Shown here in pieces: positions 22,717 through 33,670 of a stretch of DNA of 64,000 nt (the stretch's first letter is position 1; each line of letters opens with the position of its first letter). Source of the stretch: Botryllus schlosseri. Lineage: Eukaryota. The DNA lies in contig CM119385.1 of NCBI GenBank assembly GCA_051294905.1, positions 22,258,001 through 22,322,000 on the forward strand. The letters run 5' to 3'. A program made the position numbers and the translations under genes. Under the pieces are notes generated by a model that was not told where the DNA came from, did not search any database, and saw nothing but the letters and a program-made list of their open reading frames with translations.

Positions 22717-25527
22717 CTAAAATTGTTGCCCACACGAAGAACATTTTTTGTTTTTGATGCAAAACAAGCATATTAGGCCGATAGGAAAGAAGATTATGCA
22801 GAGAAAGATCCCACAGCACGAGAAATGTTCACCGATGAAGCCCCTGAAATGCACATATTAAAATCTTATTAAATCTAATTAAAATCGCGGTTTAGACAGT
22901 AAAAATGCGCCTAATTAGATCAATGTTTTCTAGGTTGAGTTCCCTAAGCCGGTCAAGGTGGGTGTCTGATTTCGAAGACTACTCCAAGTCGTTTCGACAC
23001 CTTCCAATTTTTTATTGTATCGCAGTCTTGTGGTGTATTGTAATGATGATTTTGATTGTTGTTAGCAACAAATTGAGTTGAATCGAACCTCACGCAAATT
23101 ATTCTTGCTCACTCACCCGCATCTCGGACAGCTCCCAGGTCTGAATTGAGTCGTTGCTGCTCCTTGCGCCATAATCACCGTCGTGTTGTTCTGTGGAGGT
23201 GGAGGCGGGGCGCTCTGTATGATGGTCTGCTGGAAATTGTTGGTCGGTGGCGGAGGTGGCGCATTTTGAACGATGGTCTGGTTGTAATTGCTGTTCATCG
23301 GTACATTTTGCTGAACTGCGAAACTATGCTTAATCACACAGGAATTCTCAAAAGTATTGCTAAATGCTAGTAAGTGTAGGGTTACCATATTTTGAGATAC
23401 GGAAAGGAGGACACTTTTCACGGACTGCAAAAGTTACTAATGCGGACGAGAAATGGGCGATTTTCACATTTATAGAGCTAATTTGGTTGGGTTGATTAGA
23501 TTTTTTACAAAAGGTCATTTTTCCTACTTAACTTCTAAAATACCCGCTTTTACCCTATATTAGAGGTATTGACTAAAAAAAGAAATATACCATAGGTCAT
23601 TTTTTCAGCTCGACTCCAGAAATACTCGGCGTCCGAGGATTCGGCCCTTCATTTCCCCTAATTTGTGTGTCTTTCTGGGCATTTTGCGCTAACAAGGAGG
23701 ACAAATTACTAGGAATGGTGTGAACGCGAGGTTCACGTTCGCGTTCTGTGTGTGAACCTCGGAAATTTAGAGGTTCGCGTTCACAACAGAACCTCGGTAA
23801 GTTCTGCACTGTGAACCTTTTTCATAGATTACAATTTTCACTTCATTGTAACATGTTTGGTTCAAATATACTACATTTCATCTGCGGGCCACTCTATGTA
23901 TGGCGCTGGCAGCATTAAAAATCAACACTAAACGAGCATGCACCTCGACCATCTCAAAAGTTTTACTTGCTTTGTTACAAAAGTTTGCTCGAAACATCCA
24001 GTCTTCCGTTTGTGGATATTTAGTGACACTCTGCTGTGAGCTTGAGCTGCAATCACACAGCATCACGAGCCGAATACGAAGTCAGCGAATGATGCTTATT
24101 CAACCAATCAATGAGATTGATGTCGTTTACTGATGCAAAAAATCTAGCAGGCGTACGGGGTCAATCTTGAATTCATATCTTTACTGCATCATTAAAACCA
24201 AATCCGTGCGATTGAGGTGTTGGCTATACTGCTGTAGAACTTGTTAATGTGGTAATATCTGTAGCAAGTATAGAAACCCGTTTTACACTCTGCACGATAT
24301 CAATATAGCAATACCCAGACGCCGAATACATTTTCCGGTCTAGCCTAGACCTTTAAGGCGTAAGCTTATATTTCTTCGTAAGTCAGTTGATACATTTAGC
24401 AGCGTTTAAAACGCCAATATGTAGCCTACTTCAGCATTGTGGTCTTATGTGGCCCGAGCCGTCGCTAGGTATATCGTGTACATTAATATAGGTTATCGAT
24501 TCATTGAAAGATAGAGATGAAATTAGCAATATGACGCCACGTGACGTCACGAGGTTCACGTTCGTGTTCACACTGAACCTTTCAAAAAGGTTCGCGTTCA
24601 CACGAACCTGAACCTTTCAGAGGTTCACACCATCCCTACAAATTACCAAAAAATAGGACATTTCTTGAAAAAGGAGGACGTATCGTAACCCTACTTAACT
24701 GTAACGCTACAATACACATCTGACAACTCACATGATGCTAATGGCAATTCATGAGCACGCGCTAGGCAAAGCCTTGTTGCCTAGATCTCAAATCAATCAA
24801 GTTAGATTGCATACATCCAATGTAAAGTAGATATGATTTTCAAGTTACTTCCCGTACGGTAACCCTAAGTAACTTCTCCTGTAAGGGCACCGCCAGTGAT
24901 ATATTGTTCTCCGTGCATGTTGTGGAGTCTATCGATAAATACGTGGTGTGCGTTGATCATAACAAAAGCGTTCTCACGTTAGATGGAAAGGCGAGGTAGC
25001 CAACGCCATACTTGATGTGCATATATCGTCGATGTGGAACAAAAGTAACTTATGTAGATTTTGCATATTTTGAGAGAATTAAGTTGGTGTAGCGTTTTCA
25101 TTTTTTCGGCGGCATCTTGGCCTAAAACTACTACGCTCGTGCACATACGCTTTTGTAAAGTATAGATCAGTGTTTTTGTTGGTTTGCGTCACCTTTGTAA
25201 TCACTTGAGGAGCGATCATGACTACTTTGACCACCTCAGCCCATATGTAACTTTGTATCGAACATATATATTATATAAACATATATTTGGAGATGGATGT
25301 ATAGTAGCCTAGCCTATATTTTGCACATTACTCATTATTCCGTTCGCTGTCAGTCAAGACCGAATACACGGCCACGAAGATGTATAATTCGTTTGTACAT
25401 CTTACCTACTGAAAGATCTAGCGATGATCTTACATAAAGTAATGTCTTTGCTTAGCAAATATGTTGTTTTGATCTTACCTGGAGGAGGAGCGTACGGTGG
25501 TGGTTGGTATTGCGGGTTGACTGACAT
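22717..25527 (-). CDS. BRI3: BRI3/DUF2367-like protein, paralog 3 (3 exons, 124 aa)
   Basis: Exons 25527-25479 (MSVNPQYQPPPYAPPP), 23315-23117 (VQQNVPMNSNYNQTIVQNAPPPPPTNNFQQTIIQSAPPPPPQNNTTVIMAQGAATTQFRPGSCPRCG) and 22843-22717 (GFIGEHFSCCGIFLCIIFFPIGLICLFCIKNKKCSSCGQQF*). Confidence 0.92.
23377..24693. mobile_element. TAGGGTTACC-family MITE containing a TAGGGATG-family element (23710-24638)
   Basis: Outer ends TAGGGTTAC / GTAACCCTA. The inner element has perfect TSD CAAATTAC. Confidence 0.85.
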
Positions 25528-25650
25528 TATAGCGTATTTGCTCGAAGTTTAATCCTGAAAATAACGTAATTATGCGTAGATATCGATTCAGATTGGAAAT
25601 TCTGCTGATAACATAATAATAATAATAGTATGTTATCTATATGCTATAGA

Positions 25651-27045
25651 CAGGGTTGCCATACCGTCCTTATTTCTAAGATTTGTCCTTATTTTGAAGG
25701 TCCACGTCTTAGAAAACTCAACTGTCCTTATTTATAAGAAATGTCCTTATTTTTGACTTACGTCCTTATTTTGTCTTATTTTCAACCACTACTGAACTTC
25801 GATCGTTTTCCTCTGGTATCTGTGTTGCATAATATTCTAAAATTATGCTTTTGCGTTGAGATTTTATGACACCATAAATGAAAGGAACTCTCGTGACGTA
25901 CACACCACAAGATTTGCCTTCTAAGTGGTGAGATAGCTAGGGCAGTGAGTGGTGGTATAAAAGTTTCGTCTGTACCAAGCTATCGCAGCGGACGTCATTT
26001 TAGCAGTAAACAGCAATACCAGGTTCCTGCTGTTTGGTCCACAGCAGAATAAGCTCAAGCTGTTTGGAAGGCAGCATTCATGGCGTAGTGAAAAAAGGCG
26101 CAGTGCAGTCGACACACTGGTTAAAAAGCAATAAAGCTATAAATCATTGATAAATTTATCTAACTTATATTGTACTTGCGCATATAGTTTTATCTACTAC
26201 TAAGGCTAAATCTGATTAGTTAAAATGAGCAGGCGTTAAAACGTTTTTCGTGACGATTATGAGAGAGAATTCAAAGGAACCTAACGAAGCTTGAACGGCG
26301 AGTGTTTCGCACATTGCAATATCTGCAATTGAGACATTAACCTGGAGGACATAGGAAAGACCGCTATTTTAATTCACATTGATACCCCAAAACACAGGAA
26401 GTGTGTCACAATGATTAATTTTAGCCAGTCGATGAATAATTTTTCCACAAGTCGATCAGCACCAACGACCACAGAAGACAAGGCAGCTGCTGCAGAGGAT
26501 ACCAGAGCATTCCATACTGTCAAACACCAGCAATCATTCCTCACCAATGATTGCACAATTGCAATTGTTCAAAGCAATATTCCCCAATTCCAACATCGCC
26601 AATAAGTTTTCTTCGGCCAGGACAAAGACTACAAGCATTGTTACTGGAGTTCTTGCTCCATACGCTCAAAAAAAGATTTTGTCTAAACTTGGTGTACGGC
26701 CTTTTCTCATCTAGGTTGACGCCTCTAATCACAATGAGGTGAAGAAGTTTGGTTTTTCACCGTATGGGGGTGGGGGTAGGGAAAGACCAACGTTTTTATT
26801 GGGGGGGGATGACGAAGTGCTGTTTCGGCCCTGAGTAAAGGTAAACCTAGACTTGAGCTGTCGTGAGATCCATGAAGCCCTTTCTAATAACAAGGCGTTG
26901 CTGGAGCTTATTGTTTCTGACGAAAAGTATGGACTGTGATAGGCCACGGCTCGTATAAATACAAAGTATGTACAAAAACGCTTTTTCATGCTAATCTAAT
27001 TTTTCGACTGTCCTTATTTTTAGGTCAATGTCGATGGCAACCCTG
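25651..27045 (+). mobile_element. Internally deleted hAT element with transposase relic
   Basis: TIR CAGGGTTGCCAT / ATGGCAACCCTG; perfect TSD GCTATAGA. 26411-26745 encodes frameshifted AAAAEDTRAFHTVKHQQSF..DC / IFPNSNIANKFSSARTKTTSIVTGVLAP..DASN. Confidence 0.85.
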
Positions 27046-28607
27046 GCTATAGATCAGGGGTGTTCAACATTTTTGATCAACAGAGCCTCATCGGGTTTAC
27101 GAATAATTACACAGATGACTTGAGCGCGAATTCGTAACGATTGCTGTATTACAATTTCTGATTATAACCTCACCTTCCGATAAAGAACCTATATAAGAGC
27201 AATGAACATACCAAGATATAGTAACAAAGTTTTTTCTAAACATCGACACTTCAGTACCAACATTGGCAGTGTGTTTTTCGTATTTAAATATCTAACGACC
27301 TTCAAAAATTTGCAACCAACTAAAATAGAATCAACTAGATTAAAATGTGAAGCAATTCGTTAATTTATAATTTTAGCGGAATCGGATTGGCTTTTCAGAT
27401 GAACTGAACATGAACATGAAATGGGAAGGGTTTCGACCCCCAAAACCCACCCCTGAAACTAGAACTGCTAAAAAACACGTCAACTAACTCGACTGGTAGT
27501 TTCTAGTTTCTACAAGTCTGCCCTTAATAGTTTAATCGCCTTTTATCGAGCAGCAATTATTCAAGTCCGATAATGCGAAACAACCCTTATTAAATCACTA
27601 GACCAAAGATCATTATTCACATCGCCGACAAGTTTCGATTAATAGTTATAATCATGTAGCAACAAATACTATTTTCGCAGATCTCCTTTCCTTCGCCATG
27701 GTTGAGCGCCATTGAACAGTACCAGCGGTAACGAATCACGTCAGTTTCACACAACCCGTCGGTACTGCCACGGGTATCCATTCTCCCAATCGACAAAGGT
27801 GTGAACTTGAAGTCTGCACAGATCCACACTGTCAGTGTGAACCTGAAACTAATATAGAGCTCATTCAGCCTCCCAGCTGGTTTTCCGTCGCCGAAATCAA
27901 GCACTCAAAATGCACTTCTTGCCCAGTCGGTTGGAGCTGTCTGTATGTGGTCGGTTACAACCTTTACATACTACTAGTAAGCACATCTGTAATAAGTCTG
28001 TGAATATGGCTATTGTCATTTATATAGTTGTTGATGTGCCACAGTGCCTATTTAAAGGTATTCTCATACGTGACGATTCTCATGGATTTCCTCTCTCTGA
28101 ATATTTTCGTAATCACACCCTACCATACCGGTAAAGGATATAGGCTATATTTCCGATATCTTTTCACAGTCATATTGTCGTGAATGCATGTATGCCTTGT
28201 GAGGATTACTAGAGATTTAACTTCAAACACGGACTATGGAAATTCGCTCATTATTATTAATCATAATTACCATTTGTGTTGTAACTTGCATACAGCGGAT
28301 TCGCATTGGCGTTTTTGCATCCGTGAAAAACTATTTTCGGTCGATTTTTACATAAAACGCTGTGCACTTTTTTGCCTTTTCGGAATTCGGTGTCAATGTC
28401 GCCGACTCATTCCTAACGATGACTATAGTGAAAACGAAAACCATTGTTGCGTGGTTATAGTAGCCTATGCTATGAATATCTTCGACATATGCTGTCTTGG
28501 AGGAATATTCACGTGACAGTGTTCCTTACTAAAATCTTTTATCATAAACATGCTGGATAGTGTAAGCATTTTCACATTTGCTCAGACTTGCTTCGCGGGT
28601 CGGATGA

Positions 28608-28680
28608 AATCGCTCAGCGGGGATAAAATCGCGCAGCGGGGATGGAATCGCGCAGCGGGGATGGAATCGCGCAGCGGGCA
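28608..28680 (+). repeat. 19-bp minisatellite (AATCGCGCAGCGGGGATGG) x about 3.8
   Basis: Units start at 28608, 28627, 28646 and 28665. Confidence 0.9.
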
Positions 28681-29401
28681 TAGATGATTAGCATAGATGG
28701 TTACGGCCTTGGCAAATGCGCAATTGTAGCATAATTATAATCAGCTCCGAAATATAATTCAGTAAAAACGACGGAACCAGCATGCCTGGAAGATTATAAA
28801 CACAATAGTATGATAACTATATATAGCGTTTTCTGCTCGAGATATGAACCTGGTGGATTGAAAAGATGAATAACAGGCTATTCCACTGAGATGCGATGTA
28901 TTATGTTTGGGATGCTGGATCTCCCAATCCGTCGAACATCCGTAGCTGCTCGCGCATTCTGCGGCTGCGAAATTCGTTTTGTAATATCTTCACATCGACC
29001 TCATCATTTCCTACGAAAAACCATTCTAAATTCAACAAAACTATCATTTCATAGCAAGGCGTTATAGTTGAATAAGTCCAACACTGGTTATTTTCCGTCG
29101 CGATATCGGCGACACATTGCTCGTAAAATAATTTCCGACGATACTATCTTATTTTGCGAGCATCATTGGTATTCTTATGTCTACATGAACTCAATATATG
29201 AACACTGGACACTGGACAGTGGCTCTCCTTATCAATATACAGTAATGCGTGTCACTAAACAGTTCAGCATATTAACGTTCACTGCCAAAGCCACACTGAT
29301 GTGAAAAACAGTTTATTTTATTCATACTAATAGATGCACCCGATTAAATTGTGATATTGAGAGAAATCAACACGCCTGGTCGCCGCGTCTCGCGCTAGAG
29401 T

Positions 29402-32400
29402 CTAGAATGACCGCCCACAGGAAACACATTTTTTGTTTTTCATGCAAAACAGGCATATCAATCCGATCGGGAAGAAAAGTATGCAGCAACAGATCCCGCA
29501 GCACGAAAAACTTTCACCGATGAAGCCCCTGAAATACAAATAACAGAATATTTTGGAATCGCGATTTTGACGGTAATTTGACGTGCCCGGAATTAAAATC
29601 TTGGCCCGGAATTGATCAACTAGAAATTTTTCTGGGTCAAATTGAATTTTCGAAGTATTGGTGATGATTCAAAGTCATTACATTTCGCTAGCTGTGTGAA
29701 AGACAGATTGATTGGCCATTTATCAAATATACATGCAAAATGCCGTTGTATCGCTCACGCACAGGTAGAACTGCTAATAAAATACGTGAGCCGAAATAGA
29801 AGATCGAACACGAAGCCTTTAGAAGTTGAAACAAATTGATATGGTACAGTTCACTACCAATCTACACATCCGTGAGAATATAAACGCATAAAAACATTCA
29901 TCCAATTCAACTCATACAAAAGGGTTGGTTGAGGTGAACACTGCGTAATGTATGTACTGAGTCGTCTAAGAAAGGGAGATACATTGCTATTCGATAAATT
30001 TACTGCTAGTACATGAACGCAAGCTGTGATCATTTCGTTTGTGGTCAATTTATTTGTGATGTGACAATGGAGGATCAGTGAAACGTACAATCCGTGAATG
30101 ACTGGTTGCTCTCACAAGTCACACTGGCGTGTCGCGAACAATACAAACTTAAACAAGATACAGTAATTTAACCGACAACACATATTTCATGACTTGAAAT
30201 TGACTCCTAAATTTTGCTTCGAGTCACGAGTCAATCCACATTTCTAAAGCGCCGAGTCAAGTCAAGTCAAGTCATTTTTGCACAGCGACTCGATTCAAGT
30301 CATGTCAAGCAAAAAGTTTACTCGAGTCATCCCAACAATGATTGAATTATGTTCCTAAATCAAGCTCAGTTCATATCAAATCAGAACTCATTCCGACAAG
30401 CGCGAGAATGGCAAATGTCTGTGTAGCATGCTGGGCTCGTCTCGCGCTATACCGTTCTCCTGTAGCATTTTCAGAAAAAAACAGAACTTAGGTTATAATT
30501 ATAATAACAGTATAGAAATATTTCACACATTAGATAACCTGCATTACCTGCATGCCGTGCTACAAGTCGACAGCTATTACGGAATAATAATGAAGAATAT
30601 CGGCCTAGTGGAAATGACCAGTGTCGCCGAAAAACACAATGAATAAGACTAAACAACAAAAACCTGCATTTCACTTCAATCAGACAACTGCCCGGGATTT
30701 CTCGTCTACCAACTATCAGAAAAAGCGACGCGCGCCGGATTCGAACCCGGGACTTCTCTCAATTCAATGCATCGAACTCACCCACATCTCGGGCAACTCC
30801 CGGGACTGAATTGAGTCGTTGCCGCCCCTTGCGCCACTACCACTGTCGTGTTGTTGTGAACCGGTGCCGGCGGGGCACTTTGTATGATGGTCTGGTGGAA
30901 ATTGTTGGTCGCTGGCGGAGGTGGAGCATTTTGTATGATAGGCTGGCCGACCGTGCTGTACACCGGTGCACTGGGTTGAACTGTGTTTAATCAGACAAGA
31001 GAATTCTTCACAATATTACTGAATGCTAATAACTGGGGTAGTGGTTCTCCACGGTGTGACGCGGCACAGTAGTGTGACATTTACGCCTCGTACGGGTGCC
31101 GCGACAGATTTCGTCGAAATTCTGGAATTATGCGCACAATAATTCTAGTTTATAGCAAACGATCAACAATCTAAATAGGACTGGATGTGAAGTTTGTACA
31201 TTTGACAAATCAAAATTGCCGTCATGCCCGCAATCAATAGCTAAAAATTCTGAACCTCACACTGAAGCATGGAAATTTTTTCTCCCGCCTTGCACTATAG
31301 AATTGTAAAAAAGAGTGTTTGAGACCAAAGCTGCGACTTCGATGTCAAATGATACCATTCGTAGACGTATTTGTGACAAGTCAGCAGATAAAGAAAATGC
31401 AGTAATTTCTTCTTTGAAGCCGACCAAAGCCTACTTGAGTGCTCCGAAAGTGCACGACTGTGGGTGCTGCCAAGTATTCTGGCAGTTGCAGGAGCCGTAA
31501 GCCAAAACATTTCAGAACCACCGTGCTGCCGCTAACTATTTTTCATTTTCAAAGGGTGCCGTGAGGTCAAAAAGCTCGAGAACCACTGAACCAGGGTGAT
31601 TATTGATATTTCAAATAAGTAAAAATTTTGTCAAAATTGTAGCGCTAGGTCAAAAAATTGTCAAAATTCTTTACATGAAGTCAGATTTTTTTGCTAACTT
31701 CATTTCGTTGGTGTTGTAGAGGTCGCACAGTCGGACTCGCTAGTAATCTATGTTAACGGGAGATGTCGAGCATGTACAATTGTACATCGTACGTGTGAGT
31801 TCGCTAACACGAGGAAGCTGATCCCATTAATGTATTATCGGCATCGGTGCATGTACCTAATAAATTGATGCTACCTCGGTAAATTCGAAATCAATCAGGC
31901 GGGCGGCTGGCTGGCTGCGCGCCTGCTTAATAGTATCGTAATTTTGTCACCATATACAAGCGACTATTGATCGCTTGCGAGTCGGCTCATTTTTCAATTC
32001 TGAGGTATTTTGACGTCATCACTTTGTGACGTCATCGATCCCGCATACCTACGCAAAATTAGAGTTCAGCTCTTATGATTCTTATATATATATTGTTGTT
32101 GCTCAAAACTTGGTGGTCGTGTCATCGGATTGTTCGGAGGAAATGCAAACGTGATACGAATTGCGTGATTATAAATGAGCTTTTAAATCAGGGGTGTCCA
32201 ACTCAACTTGGGTCGCGGGCCGGATTCAAACATTTTGATCGCTCGCGGGCCGCACCAGTCAAATGATTCCAAAATGTTACCTTAAATTTAAACTGTCGTT
32301 TTTCACTGGAATGCTATATTATCAAAGCAGTGCATAATAGTAATATATACATTATATTGCATAGGCCTATCCTAAATAAGGCCAATGCTTACGATGATGT

Positions 32401-33670
32401 TACTCACAAACAGCTGAATAGACAAAACCACCATGATCGGCCGATTGAATACAGCTATAAACCACAATAACAGGATAGCTCTATAACGACGATACAAGTT
32501 GGCATGTTTCTATGCTCCTCCCTTTGTTTTAGTCGTGACACGAAGTTGACCCCGCATTTTCGTTGTGAGGTAGGCCTATCCAAGAGATTTTACTGTAAAC
32601 GTGGGCGTCAGAATTTATTTCAGGGTTTTAAAATCACGATTCGGGTTTCTCTGGAGAGCAAGGCTTGGGCCCTTTGGATCATAATACGGTATTCAGCGTT
32701 GCGACCAAATATATTTGAATTGTATTCTTCGTGTAACTATTATCTGATTCATGTACCTTACATATAACGTTTTCGTATTGGTGTTTTCGCCTCTTGATCA
32801 TTATCATCGAATTCTCCCTAATGGTACCTAGAGTGAAACCGCAACAATGCTGTCGGATGGCTTTGATGTGGCTATGTGGTTATCAACAGTGAACAAGTTC
32901 GACATTTGCTGTCTTGGGGGGTTATTTATACTGGAAGTATTTCTTACATAAAATCTCAACATTTTATTAGAAATGTGCTGGATAATACAAGGTTTTTTGC
33001 ATTTGCTCAAAATTGCTTTGCGGGTCGGACTAAATCGTCTGGCGGGCCGGACGCGGCCCGCGGGCCGTGTGTTTGACACTCTTGTTTTAAATATTGAAAA
33101 TAGAATTGGGATTTCTGTAATCGCAGTTTATTTCTCGTCAGAGATCAGAAAGACAATGAATATTAGAAAACTACATTGTGATACAGGCGCTGCCATGTCT
33201 CCTAGTCTCTTTGATCAATGACTGCATCGTGCAATTCAAGATTTCGCACCGGCCTAATCGAATTTGAGAGTGATATTGGTGGCTGGCGAGACATCAACTT
33301 AAATTTGAGAATTTTGAAAAGGGATGCGAGCCCCTAACCCTCAATACGTCACTGTATTAACCTATCAAAAACATGTTTATAATCCACAAGAATAATCATA
33401 CTTCTCGTGCTGAATATTTAATAACACGTTGCTGCAATATTGATAAATAAGGCACAAAAATAAAAAATTTCGCAAAGAGTCATATCTTATGTCCAAAAGA
33501 GCCATATATGGCTCGCGAGCCATAGGTTCCCGACCACTGTCCTATACGAACGTAAAGCGCAAGAGACTATCTTACACAGACCACCTTACTTGCTTGTTAA
33601 ATACGGTATTGATCTTACCTGGAGCAGGAGCGTATGGTGGAGGTTCATATTTCGGCGGGTAGTCTGACAT
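29402..33670 (-). CDS. BRI3: BRI3/DUF2367-like protein, paralog 4 (3 exons, 125 aa)
   Basis: Exons 33670-33619 (MSDYPPKYEPPPYAPAP), 30980-30782 (VQPSAPVYSTVGQPIIQNAPPPPATNNFHQTIIQSAPPAPVHNNTTVVVAQGAATTQFSPGSCPRCG) and 29528-29402 (GFIGESFSCCGICCCILFFPIGLICLFCMKNKKCVSCGRSF*). Confidence 0.92.
31039..31588. mobile_element. Older hAT MITE
   Basis: TIR (T)AGTGGTTCTC / GAGAACCACTG; degenerate flanks AACTGGGG / AACCAGGG. Confidence 0.65.
32189..33084. mobile_element. Non-autonomous hAT (Buster-type)
   Basis: TIR CAGGGGTGTCCAAC / GTTTGACACTCTTG; perfect TSD TTTTAAAT. Confidence 0.88.

Noticed and set aside
27617-27904. Minus ORF with LDFGDG...FTLTV, reminiscent of a PKD domain
   Set aside because: Spacing is too short, there are no supporting splice sites or neighbouring exons, and the rest of the ORF is unlike PKD.
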